63,337 nt of DNA, filler included, from Stramenopiles sp. TOSAG23-6 (GCA_900128565.1; 13 parts of 13 records of this genome joined end to end with filler, not necessarily neighbours in it), one strand, 5' to 3'. Positions 47,423 through 60,102 are shown, numbered from the whole stretch's first letter. Translations and numbers: made by a program. The notes: generated by a model from the letters alone, not told the origin.

Positions 47423-47544
47423 TGGAAACTTTATAAAATGGCTTTAACCACAAGTACAAGGTTTCAATTTTTGAAATGAAAAATAAAATTTAAATATTTT
47501 TTTTGATACGAAATTCCGTACCTAACATTTTTTTTGTCTACTTT

Positions 47545-48293
47545 TTATTTATGTTTCCGTCGAGAATAACCATTCAGTGGAGCTTTATCTATATAGTTGA
47601 GTCGCAGAGCTTCAGATAGGTGCGAAGAAAATAGGCCTTTTTGTCTAGCATGTACTGTGAAGAAATTATAGAAAACAGAAAATTCGTTAAGTACGCAATT
47701 TCCTATGAAAAAAAAAGATTTGAAATGAAAGATGAAAAGTGAAATTTTTTTTTTTTAATTTGTTAGGTACGGAATTTCGTACTAAAAAAAAACTAAATTC
47801 GAAAAATTGAAAAAAATAAACGTACATGTATTTTCAGTAATTTCTTTTCTTCCTCCGAAACTAAATGTCCAGAATACGCCAAGTCTTCTTGCATTGCCGT
47901 TTTGTGTGGATCTGATCCTCGAAGAATGAAGAGCGAATTTGCCATATTTGTGGAGGACATTCCATGCGGTACTCCTGACACTGTTTTACGTGTTTGCTGA
48001 GCGAGGTTTTTTCGTTTATTGTATATGTCACGAGATCTATGTTTTATATAATATTTCCCCCTTTTTTTTTTATTCTTTTTTGTCATTGATAACTTTGCTT
48101 TTATTTCTTCCAGTTCTGCAGTTAGTTGGTTGCGTCTAATGTTTAACTCATCCACATCAACAACTTTTTGTCTTGTATCCTCCACATCAAAAATCTTCTG
48201 GTTGTCCGCCATGGGCGGCTCACCTGGACTATCTGATTTATGTTCTATTTCATGGGGATATGCTCCATGTACACGCTGTGGGTGTAAAAACAT
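47545..48293 (-). CDS. Hypothetical protein, 2 exons
   Basis: Exons 48293-47826 and 47649-47545 join in frame. Confidence 0.6.
47650..47825 (-). other. Intron, GT-AT, 176 nt, two branch cores
   Basis: ata cat|GTACGTTTA...CACAGTACAT|gct aga. Confidence 0.65.
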
Positions 48294-48713
48294 AATACCT
48301 TTGAGAGTGTACTGTTGGGTTGGTCTAAGTTAAAATCAAAATCTTTGGATGATCACAGATCAGATCTTCAAACAAAATGTAAGACAATTCGGATTCTCTC
48401 AAACCTCTCAAACGTTTGACTACTGGATTTTTATGACCGTTTCATCCTTTTCAGTTNCTTTTTTTTTTNCTTTTTTTTTTTCAGACTGAGTCTCCGACGA
48501 CCTCACATACAATTATCAATCTTAAGTCTTGACTTGTGTGTTTTGCATCAACGAAAGAGACGACACATTCTTAAACTAAAAGAATATTCACAAGTCTATT
48601 AGGACCTATACATATATATATACAGAATCTGGAACTTTGAACGGTTCTACCACTTATTAAAGTGTTATAGAATAAAGTTAACTTCAGAACCCTAACCCTA
48701 AACATATAGTAGA

Positions 48714-48956
48714 ATGTCTAGCGACTCTAGTCAGAAAAGTATCTTAAATGCTGAAAGTCTTGAGGCCCTGAACAAGCAAGTTGAAGAAATGCAAACATCA
48801 GATAAAGAGTGGATACACTACCACCCTGACTTGGAAAAAGTTATATCTTTATTTGTCAAAAACGTCCTGAGAGAGCAGCCGGAAAACATCAAAGATTTTG
48901 CAGTCGAATTTTTCACGAGTGAGAATCTAAAGAGCATGGTCAAGAATTCTCCTTAA
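48714..48956 (+). CDS. RIIa / Dpy-30-type dimerisation-docking domain protein (RIIAD1-like)
   Basis: HPDLEKVISLFVKNVLREQPENIKDFAVEFFT. Confidence 0.8.
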   Translation: MSSDSSQKSILNAESLEALNKQVEEMQTSDKEWIHYHPDLEKVISLFVKNVLREQPENIKDFAVEFFTSENLKSMVKNSP

Positions 48957-49101
48957 ATATTTTTGAAATAAATTCTTTTAGATACCTATGGATTCTTTTA
49001 TATACCTTGTTACATTTTTATTACTTTCTCATTAAGAATTCTCATACTATTTCTACGGATTTCTACGAGACACCCCAGGGTTATACTATTTCTACGAGAC
49101 A

Positions 49102-49144
49102 CCCTAAACCCTAACCCTAACCCCTAACCCTAGTACCCTAACCC
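49102..49144 (+). repeat. Interstitial telomere-like (CCCTAA)n cluster
   Basis: accctaaaccctaaccctaacccctaaccctagtaccctaaccc. Confidence 0.8.
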
Positions 49145-49417
49145 AAACAATACAAAAATTGGGAAAAATAAAAAAACAATACAAAAATTGGGAAAAATAA
49201 AAAAAAATTGATATAAATATGGAAGTAATGAACTAATGAATACAAATGAAAAATTTTTAATCTACACTTGAGAAAATACAAAATTACTAGTAGTATAAAA
49301 AACAGTGGGTATAGAGAACATTTCAAGGTTTTTTTTTTTATTGTTACGTGTCTTTATCTGTACACTGTGAGATTCCGTACCATTTTTTTGTATTTAAACG
49401 TGAAACACTACTTCTTA

Positions 49418-49795
49418 TCAACTCCAGGCTGACATTGTTTCGTGTTTATAGCCCTTCCCAATGGTGTTCGATGTCTCGGCGATTTTTTGCCCTGTAGGTT
49501 CTGTTTCCAAAACGTCAGGGGGTCCTGAGCCTCCTGTCGAAGTTGTTCTTTTTTTCCATTTCGGAGCGTCAGATTCCACCGAGTCAAAATTGTGATTTGA
49601 TTTTCTCATTATCATTATGATTACTACATTCCACAATGTTGAGAATACTAAAGTTGAAAATATAATTGCTAAAGAAGTTATTACTGGGCAATACTGTGTC
49701 CCGCACGATCCACTTTCGAAGTCACTCTTTTTTATGGCCATTTGTATCAACTCTCGAAGTCTAATTTCTTTCTCTTCGTTTGAGCACGTCGACAT
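49418..49795 (-). CDS. Small single-TM hypothetical protein
   Basis: Central hydrophobic helix. Confidence 0.5.
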   Translation of the reverse strand: MSTCSNEEKEIRLRELIQMAIKKSDFESGSCGTQYCPVITSLAIIFSTLVFSTLWNVVIIMIMRKSNHNFDSVESDAPKWKKRTTSTGGSGPPDVLETEPTGQKIAETSNTIGKGYKHETMSAWS

Positions 49796-49980
49796 ACTGT
49801 TGCGTAAGTTTACTCAAAATATGTCCAACTGTCTCTATGGTGTTCGACAGATATTAATGCACTGTATATAAGATGAAGGATAGAAATGGGAATCTCTTTT
49901 TTTATCAATAAAATAGAGGTAGTACCGTATACACACAACTTTTAAAGAAAACTTTCGGTTGCGGTTGCTCCTCTATTTTT

Positions 49981-49994
49981 AAACCCTAACCCTA
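49981..49994. promoter_or_regulatory. Telo-box-like element in a divergent promoter
   Basis: AAACCCTAACCCTA between divergent genes. Confidence 0.45.
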
Positions 49995-50213
49995 GCTAGT
50001 AGCTTTTACGTCAATAAACTAGTAGTCTGATATATTTTGATGACGCGCACAGAAAACGTTCATTTTTCGATTTGTCAATCGACACAAACTCCACGGGAGA
50101 TCGATCCATCGAATGGGAATAATTGCATTCATAAACATTTGATCATTTTCTAGATTTATAGTTGATTTCACCTTGCGTATTTTCAAAGTCATTGCATAAA
50201 GCATACTTTGATC

Positions 50214-51873
50214 ATGGCAGTCAATTCATCGCCAGCCAGTTCTATAAAACTTCGGAACGACGTATTACTTTTGATCAAATATCAGTCGAAGCGCTTCCAT
50301 GAGCAGCTTACAAAGCTTGGAAAATTAACTACAGATAATAATAAGATTCAACGTTCGTTGAGCGGTGCGACATTTGACAATAGTGTTTTGAATGTTTTTT
50401 CTACAACGTCGTCGTCTTCTCTATTAAGTAAAAGCAAAACTCAGAAGAAGAGAGTCACTGCCGAATCGAAAAAGTCGACCGTAAATGTGAAAAAAACTAA
50501 CTCTAATAATAGTAATAAGGGTCCAATGAAACGCAAAGAGGAACTTACATGTTTGTTACAGAGACAGGGCAAGAAACCTTTTGTAAATTTAAAAAAAATG
50601 GGTCAGTTTATTCAATTCATAGATGAACCAGATAGAGTCGCAAACAATTTTATGGAAGCAGCTCTCGTCGCACTTTTTCATTCACCACAACCACAACTTG
50701 AAGATTTTTGTGGACGCTTAGGTATGAAGCGTTTAGCCGCTATATTAACATTTTATGGTACGTGTGAAGAAGAAAGATTCAACGAAAAAATTCCATCAAA
50801 TGTTTTGAAAATCATCGACAAAATTATGTCCTCTGAGATTGATCTTCATAAAATCAAAAAGTACGGAAGTGCTGCAAAAGTAATTGGCACATATTATACA
50901 ACTGATGTGAATCAAAGTCGTGTGAGTACTTCTTTGAGAAAGCAAGCAGATAGAATTCTTAAGAAGCTTATAGACATTAAAACTTTAGATAAGGAGAAAA
51001 AAGCAGAAGCGAAAGCTAAAGAATTAAGAAAAATTGAGGAAAGAAAGAAAAAAAAAGAGAGGAAAAGAAAAATAAAGGAAGCAGAGAGAGAAGAAAATGA
51101 AAAGATCAAGAAACGTAAAGTAGATAAATCTCTATTAACACAAAATCAGAAAATGGATACACTGCCAGGGTTAGGGTTAGGAGGTAGTGAATCTCTCAAT
51201 GCGATGAACGTTCAGGACATGGATCTTTCTGTTGAAACGAAATCGTCAAATAGTAAATCTGCGAGTAACAGTCAATCGTCTACACCAATGGCTTTGCAAT
51301 CTATTGACAGAAATACAAACAATACTCAAAATACTCAAAATACTCAAAATAATAAAAGATCTGTTCGATGGGCCGATGAGCATGGGGGAGAATTGGAAGC
51401 AGTAAAAACATTTGAAAAAGAAAACAAAGACGATGCACCGGGTACTCCGGTTCCTGAAATGGAATCTAAGCGTGATTGGAATGGAAAAAAAGTTATTTCT
51501 TTGAGTAAAAAAGAACAGGGGCTTCGAATGAGACGACAAGAAAATATCTTTAATAATCAGTTAATACGTTGGAGAGAGCCTCCGAAAATCATACCTTGTC
51601 AATTTGAATATACAGATACCAATCAAGAGCAAGACACTCCGTATGATGAATTCGGTTCGAATAGTACAGAACGAATAAAATTATCAAACTCAGAGGATTT
51701 GCATACTCCTGAGGTTGGAGCGAGAATACCAGACAATCCATCAAATCATATAGTAATAGAGAGTGCACTGTCAGGTCCAAATAAGTATGAGTGCAAAGAA
51801 ACAAAGTTTAGCAAATACGTAACAGAACCACAACAGAATCAATATCAACCACCACAACAAAATCGTTATCAGC

Positions 51874-51905
<32 letters not shown>

Positions 51906-52046
51906 ACTGGTTATCAATCACAGCAAAGTTATTACCGACCACAACAACAAAATTATTATCAGCAACAACAACAACCAAGGTATGATCAAGGATACAGTAA
52001 TCAGCAACAGTATTCATATAATAATCAAAATAATAGACAGTATTAA
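50214..52046 (+). CDS. PNUTS/PPP1R10-like PP1-binding nuclear protein with a Q/Y-rich tail
   Basis: TFIIS-N-like helical region, RVxW-type motif KRSVRWAD, IRWREPP and poly-Q C-terminus. Confidence 0.6.
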
Positions 52047-52454
52047 TAACAAAACAAGTTTCGTTGAATTGAATAAATGAATTAAGTTCTATAGAAAGAT
52101 GATGAAAAAATATTTCAAAAAAAAACGTTAGGTACAACATTTCGTACGAAAAAATAAATTCGAATTTGAAATGAAAACGTGATGCTCATATTTTTTGTTC
52201 GCTACAAAATTTTCATAATAAAAGAAATGCTACACAAAAATACACGAGTTTCATTGATATAAAGAGTGAAACAATTTCCATAATTCACTTATAAAAAACA
52301 AAATTTTAATTACATTTCATTTATAATGTTATATGTTAACTAAGATCAAATCCTNNNNNNNNNNNNNNNNNNNNNNNNNNNNNNNNNNNNNNNNNNNNTT
52401 AATTAATTAANNNNNNNNNNNNNNNNNNNNNNNNNNNNNNNNNNNNNNNNNNNN

Positions 52455-55400
52455 TGAATATGTAGCAAATGAAGCTTCGGGAAAACACATTGTACGACGG
52501 CTAGAAAAAAATAAGAAGAATACAAATACATTGAAGAAGAAAGACAACAAGAGTAAGGTTCGGGTAGAGCATAAAAATGGTAATGTGAAAACAAATCTTG
52601 ATCACAGTTTCATATCTGGAGTTGAGGTTGAACGCAGTGACATCACTAACTGTATTCAGCATATAAATAGGGCAACTGATGATTGGAAATTTAAAATTGA
52701 GCAGATACAAAAGTTGACACATTTTGTGAAGCGAAGTGAAGAACATCCAGAATTGTGGACAAAAAAAATATTAGTTCGTGTTATCAGTCCTTTACTAATT
52801 TCACAAGTACGCGATCTACGTTCAACTGTAGTACGCGCCACATGTGATTTGATAAATGCAATTATGGAAATTCTAAAGGCAAAAGCACGATTTATACTTC
52901 GAGAACTGTTTCCAGTAATATTTGATATTGTAGGGAGTGGTAACTCTGTAATTGCGGACTATGCGCGAAATTCGTGTGTTTCTGTAGTAAAGCATGTACA
53001 TGCTACAATAACATTACTCTGCATTTCAAATATGGCAACATCATCTAAAAATTGTTCAATTCGTCTTCAAGCGATAGAATTATTTCATATTGTAATTAAT
53101 ACATGGGAATATTCAAAGATCAATTCTCAGGCACAACTTTTACAAAATACATTACAGGTAGCACTTGATGACGTATCTGGTGAAGTTCGTAAAAAAGCAA
53201 GACGATATTTTGTAAAGTACAGCAATCTTTTCCCTCAAAGAGCTGATAATATATGTACGTTTTATATGAATTTCTAATTTAATTTTTTTTCATACGGAAT
53301 TTCGTACCTAACGATTTTAATTTTTGAAATATGTTTTCATAATATATGCCGCATGGTCACAGGTCGCACTGCGAGATTACTAGATAAAATGAGTATAAAA
53401 TCTTTACAATTAGGCTTAAAAGATGACAAATTTCCTCCAAACATTCCAAATAATAATTTACTTGAGCCTCCTAAGCGTCTTTTAGCTTCAAAAAATAATG
53501 ATCTTGAATGTAGTGAGAAGACTTCAAGTAAAGATAAAAATCTTTCAATAAAAGGTGAAACATTTACTGACAAAAATGGATATAAAAAGAATAATTCAAT
53601 AAAAGGTGAAACATTTACTGACAAAAATGGATATAAAAAGAATAGTTCAAGTTCGATTAATTTTATCCGACGACTTGGAAAACAAATACAAATTGCACAC
53701 AAATTACATATTGAAGATATGATTTGTTCACTAGGTAAAGAATTGAAACTTATGGAGGATTTTGAGGAAAAAATGAAGATGGAAGGAGAAAATTTCATTG
53801 ACGGAGAAAAAAAAATACATGGCGATGTTGTTGCATATGCAATTGAAATGACAAAACGCTTAGAAACACGTCAAATGATGAATGAAATTTCCGGCAATGC
53901 GTTGAGGAAGCTAGCTTCGGAAACAATACGATTGGGAACAACTTCATCATCTTTATAATGGAAACTTTATAAAATGGCTTTAACCACAAGTACAAGGTTT
54001 CAATTTTTGAAATGAAAAATAAAATTTAAATATTTTTTTTGATACGAAATTCCGTACCTAACATTTTTTTTGTCTACTTTTTATTTATGTTTCCGTCGAG
54101 AATAACCATTCAGTGGAGCTTTATCTATATAGTTGAGTCGCAGAGCTTCAGATAGGTGCGAAGAAAATAGGCCTTTTTGTCTAGCATGTACTGTGAAGAA
54201 ATTATAGAAAACAGAAAATTCGTTAAGTACGCAATTTCCTATGAAAAAAAAAGATTTGAAATGAAAGATGAAAAGTGAAATTTTTTTTTTTTAATTTGTT
54301 AGGTACGGAATTTCGTACTAAAAAAAAACTAAATTCGAAAAATTGAAAAAAATAAACGTACATGTATTTTCAGTAATTTCTTTTCTTCCTCCGAAACTAA
54401 ATGTCCAGAATACGCCAAGTCTTCTTGCATTGCCGTTTTGTGTGGATCTGATCCTCGAAGAATGAAGAGCGAATTTGCCATATTTGTGGAGGACATTCCA
54501 TGCGGTACTCCTGACACTGTTTTACGTGTTTGCTGAGCGAGGTTTTTTCGTTTATTGTATATGTCACGAGATCTATGTTTTATATAATATTTCCCCCTTT
54601 TTTTTTTATTCTTTTTTGTCATTGATAACTTTGCTTTTATTTCTTCCAGTTCTGCAGTTAGTTGGTTGCGTCTAATGTTTAACTCATCCACATCAACAAC
54701 TTTTTGTCTTGTATCCTCCACATCAAAAATCTTCTGGTTGTCCGCCATGGGCGGCTCACCTGGACTATCTGATTTATGTTCTATTTCATGGGGATATGCT
54801 CCATGTACACGCTGTGGGTGTAAAAACATAATACCTTTGAGAGTGTACTGTTGGGTTGGTCTAAGTTAAAATCAAAATCTTTGGATGATCACAGATCAGA
54901 TCTTCAAACAAAATGTAAGACAATTCGGATTCTCTCAAACCTCTCAAACGTTTGACTACTGGATTTTTATGACCGTTTCATCCTTTTCAGTTNCTTTTTT
55001 TTTTTCTTTTTTTTTTTCAGACTGAGTCTCCGACGACCTCACATACAATTATCAATCTTAAGTCTTGACTTGTGTGTTTTGCATCAACGAAAGAGACGAC
55101 ACATTCTTAAACTAAAAGAATATTCACAAGTCTATTAGGACCTATACATATATATATACAGAATCTGGAACTTTGAACGGTTCTACCACTTATTAAAGTG
55201 TTATAGAATAAAGTTAACTTCAGAACCCTAACCCTAAACATATAGTAGAATGTCTAGCGACTCTAGTCAGAAAAGTATCTTAAATGCTGAAAGTCTTGAG
55301 GCCCTGAACAAGCAAGTTGAAGAAATGCAAACATCAGATAAAGAGTGGATACACTACCACCCTGACTTGGAAAAAGTTATATCTTTATTTGTCAAAAACG

Positions 55401-58400
55401 TCCTGAGAGAGCAGCCGGAAAACATCAAAGATTTTGCAGTCGAATTTTTCACGAGTGAGAATCTAAAGAGCATGGTCAAGAATTCTCCTTAAATATTTTT
55501 GAAATAAATTCTTTTAGATACCTATGGATTCTTTTATATACCTTGTTACATTTTTATTACTTTCTCATTAAGAATTCTCATACTATTTCTACGGATTTCT
55601 ACGAGACACCCCAGGGTTATACTATTTCTACGAGACACCCTAAACCCTAACCCTAACCCCTAACCCTAGTACCCTAACCCAAACAATACAAAAATTGGGA
55701 AAAATAAAAAAACAATACAAAAATTGGGAAAAATAAAAAAAAATTGATATAAATATGGAAGTAATGAACTAATGAATACAAATGAAAAATTTTTAATCTA
55801 CACTTGAGAAAATACAAAATTACTAGTAGTATAAAAAACAGTGGGTATAGAGAACATTTCAAGGTTTTTTTTTTTATTGTTACGTGTCTTTATCTGTACA
55901 CTGTGAGATTCCGTACCATTTTTTTGTATTTAAACGTGAAACACTACTTCTTATCAACTCCAGGCTGACATTGTTTCGTGTTTATAGCCCTTCCCAATGG
56001 TGTTCGATGTCTCGGCGATTTTTTGCCCTGTAGGTTCTGTTTCCAAAACGTCAGGGGGTCCTGAGCCTCCTGTCGAAGTTGTTCTTTTTTTCCATTTCGG
56101 AGCGTCAGATTCCACCGAGTCAAAATTGTGATTTGATTTTCTCATTATCATTATGATTACTACATTCCACAATGTTGAGAATACTAAAGTTGAAAATATA
56201 ATTGCTAAAGAAGTTATTACTGGGCAATACTGTGTCCCGCACGATCCACTTTCGAAGTCACTCTTTTTTATGGCCATTTGTATCAACTCTCGAAGTCTAA
56301 TTTCTTTCTCTTCGTTTGAGCACGTCGACATACTGTTGCGTAAGTTTACTCAAAATATGTCCAACTGTCTCTATGGTGTTCGACAGATATTAATGCACTG
56401 TATATAAGATGAAGGATAGAAATGGGAATCTCTTTTTTTATCAATAAAATAGAGGTAGTACCGTATACACACAACTTTTAAAGAAAACTTTCGGTTGCGG
56501 TTGCTCCTCTATTTTTAAACCCTAACCCTAGCTAGTAGCTTTTACGTCAATAAACTAGTAGTCTGATATATTTTGATGACGCGCACAGAAAACGTTCATT
56601 TTTCGATTTGTCAATCGACACAAACTCCACGGGAGATCGATCCATCGAATGGGAATAATTGCATTCATAAACATTTGATCATTTTCTAGATTTATAGTTG
56701 ATTTCACCTTGCGTATTTTCAAAGTCATTGCATAAAGCATACTTTGATCATGGCAGTCAATTCATCGCCAGCCAGTTCTATAAAACTTCGGAACGACGTA
56801 TTACTTTTGATCAAATATCAGTCGAAGCGCTTCCATGAGCAGCTTACAAAGCTTGGAAAATTAACTACAGATAATAATAAGATTCAACGTTCGTTGAGCG
56901 GTGCGACATTTGACAATAGTGTTTTGAATGTTTTTTCTACAACGTCGTCGTCTTCTCTATTAAGTAAAAGCAAAACTCAGAAGAAGAGAGTCACTGCCGA
57001 ATCGAAAAAGTCGACCGTAAATGTGAAAAAAACTAACTCTAATAATAGTAATAAGGGTCCAATGAAACGCAAAGAGGAACTTACATGTTTGTTACAGAGA
57101 CAGGGCAAGAAACCTTTTGTAAATTTAAAAAAAATGGGTCAGTTTATTCAATTCATAGATGAACCAGATAGAGTCGCAAACAATTTTATGGAAGCAGCTC
57201 TCGTCGCACTTTTTCATTCACCACAACCACAACTTGAAGATTTTTGTGGACGCTTAGGTATGAAGCGTTTAGCCGCTATATTAACATTTTATGGTACGTG
57301 TGAAGAAGAAAGATTCAACGAAAAAATTCCATCAAATGTTTTGAAAATCATCGACAAAATTATGTCCTCTGAGATTGATCTTCATAAAATCAAAAAGTAC
57401 GGAAGTGCTGCAAAAGTAATTGGCACATATTATACAACTGATGTGAATCAAAGTCGTGTGAGTACTTCTTTGAGAAAGCAAGCAGATAGAATTCTTAAGA
57501 AGCTTATAGACATTAAAACTTTAGATAAGGAGAAAAAAGCAGAAGCGAAAGCTAAAGAATTAAGAAAAATTGAGGAAAGAAAGAAAAAAAAAGAGAGGAA
57601 AAGAAAAATAAAGGAAGCAGAGAGAGAAGAAAATGAAAAGATCAAGAAACGTAAAGTAGATAAATCTCTATTAACACAAAATCAGAAAATGGATACACTG
57701 CCAGGGTTAGGGTTAGGAGGTAGTGAATCTCTCAATGCGATGAACGTTCAGGACATGGATCTTTCTGTTGAAACGAAATCGTCAAATAGTAAATCTGCGA
57801 GTAACAGTCAATCGTCTACACCAATGGCTTTGCAATCTATTGACAGAAATACAAACAATACTCAAAATACTCAAAATACTCAAAATAATAAAAGATCTGT
57901 TCGATGGGCCGATGAGCATGGGGGAGAATTGGAAGCAGTAAAAACATTTGAAAAAGAAAACAAAGACGATGCACCGGGTACTCCGGTTCCTGAAATGGAA
58001 TCTAAGCGTGATTGGAATGGAAAAAAAGTTATTTCTTTGAGTAAAAAAGAACAGGGGCTTCGAATGAGACGACAAGAAAATATCTTTAATAATCAGTTAA
58101 TACGTTGGAGAGAGCCTCCGAAAATCATACCTTGTCAATTTGAATATACAGATACCAATCAAGAGCAAGACACTCCGTATGATGAATTCGGTTCGAATAG
58201 TACAGAACGAATAAAATTATCAAACTCAGAGGATTTGCATACTCCTGAGGTTGGAGCGAGAATACCAGACAATCCATCAAATCATATAGTAATAGAGAGT
58301 GCACTGTCAGGTCCAAATAAGTATGAGTGCAAAGAAACAAAGTTTAGCAAATACGTAACAGAACCACAACAGAATCAATATCAACCACCACAACAAAATC

Positions 58401-58409
58401 GTTATCAGC

Positions 58410-58441
<32 letters not shown>

Positions 58442-58890
58442 ACTGGTTATCAATCACAGCAAAGTTATTACCGACCACAACAACAAAATTATTATCAGCA
58501 ACAACAACAACCAAGGTATGATCAAGGATACAGTAATCAGCAACAGTATTCATATAATAATCAAAATAATAGACAGTATTAATAACAAAACAAGTTTCGT
58601 TGAATTGAATAAATGAATTAAGTTCTATAGAAAGATGATGAAAAAATATTTCAAAAAAAAACGTTAGGTACAACATTTCGTACGAAAAAATAAATTCGAA
58701 TTTGAAATGAAAACGTGATGCTCATATTTTTTGTTCGCTACAAAATTTTCATAATAAAAGAAATGCTACACAAAAATACACGAGTTTCATTGATATAAAG
58801 AGTGAAACAATTTCCATAATTCACTTATAAAAAACAAAATTTTAATTACATTTCATTTATAATGTTATATGTTAACTAAGATCAAATCCT
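52455..58890 (+). repeat. Duplicate contig of 45919-52354 (offset 6536), with copies of the CLASP-like, RIIa, TM and PNUTS-like genes
   Basis: Same ORF set at +6536, same contig ends and a shared N position. Confidence 0.97.
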
Positions 58891-59061
58891 NNNNNNNNNN
58901 NNNNNNNNNNNNNNNNNNNNNNNNNNNNNNNNNNTTAATTAATTAANNNNNNNNNNNNNNNNNNNNNNNNNNNNNNNNNNNNNNNNNNNNTTTTTTTTTT
59001 TTTACGAAATGTTGTACCTAAAAATTTTTTTTTTTTTTTTAAATATTTCATCAAAATACAT

Positions 59062-59930
59062 GTATTTTTGATAATATTTTTAGTGAACAATTTTTACAGT
59101 TTTTAGATGAGCTAGAGAGACGATTACCAACAGCTCCAAAGTTAAAACCGACGTGTACGTTTCCCCCTAACCCTAACATTTTTTATTATTCAGTTGAAAT
59201 ATTTTTTTTAAAATTTTTTTTAAATTTTTTTTTCAAATTTTTTTTTCAAATTTTTTTTTCAAATTCTTTTTTCATAGTAAATTTTGTACCTAACAATGTT
59301 TTTTAATTTTGACATTTTGTTTCACCTACCATGTTCGCATAGAAAATATTATTGTGATTCGACGGCACCTCCTTCTATATTATCACCAAAGTTCTCACTA
59401 AACACACTAGAAGGACACAATAACCCTAACCCTACATATACATCGATTCGTAGTTATATACAATTTTGTATAGAAAAAGTTGTAAAAAGTCAAGAATTTC
59501 AAAAAAAAAATTTTAGGTACGGAATTTCGTATGAAAAAAACAAATTTCAAAATGAAGCTTTGCCTCATATGCGATTTTTACATTATGATCAAATTGGAGG
59601 AAGCTTATCTCCTCATATTGATTTAAATAGAACAAATAGTGATGGTCGTACATCAACGCATACGTTTATTTTATACCTAACCACGTGTCAATATGTACGG
59701 TATCATTATGAATTTAAAATTTTTAAACATTTTGAAATTTTGAAATTTTGAAAAAAAAACTTTTTCAAAATTTAAATTTTTTTTTTTTTTTTTTTTCATG
59801 CAAAAAAAATTTTAATTTTATTTTTTTTTTTTTTTTTCAAATACTCTTTTTACAGTACAGGGAGGTGAAACTGCTCTACTCAAAGATTTAAATGGTACAA
59901 TTTTACCAAATGGAAAGGTACAACCAGTAG
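59062..59930 (+). CDS. 2OG-Fe(II) oxygenase superfamily protein, partial, multi-exon
   Basis: MRFLHY..GGSLSPHIDL (HxD) and STHTFILYLT.CQY|GGETALL. Confidence 0.75.
59155..59332 (+). other. Intron, GT-AT, 178 nt
   Basis: acg t|GTACGTTTCC...CACCTACCAT|gt tcg cat gives KPTCSHRKYYCD. Confidence 0.7.
59695..59860 (+). other. Intron, GT-AG, 166 nt
   Basis: caa tat|GTACGG...TACAGTACAG|gga ggt gaa act restores GGET; a -2 shift makes TAG. Confidence 0.8.
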
Positions 59931-60102
59931 GTTACTATATATAGTTGTTTCATTTCAATTTCAATTTCTGTTTTTTTTTTTTTTTTCATACGAAATTTTG
60001 TANNNNNNNNNNNNNNNNNNNNNNNNNNNNNNNNNNNNNNNNNNNNTTAATTAATTAANNNNNNNNNNNNNNNNNNNNNNNNNNNNNNNNNNNNNNNNNN
60101 NN

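Noticed and set aside
45919-58890. Biological tandem duplication of 6.4 kb
   Set aside because: The two copies are separate contigs with identical ends and a shared ambiguity position, so this is redundant assembly.
1247-59860. Ciliate-style internally eliminated DNA sequences
   Set aside because: The resolved elements are strand-polarised with their host genes and carry donor-like and branch-like motifs, which points to RNA splicing.
1247-59860. CRISPR array or prokaryotic REP elements from the recurring palindromic motif
   Set aside because: Copies are dispersed within eukaryotic introns, with no regular spacers and no cas genes.
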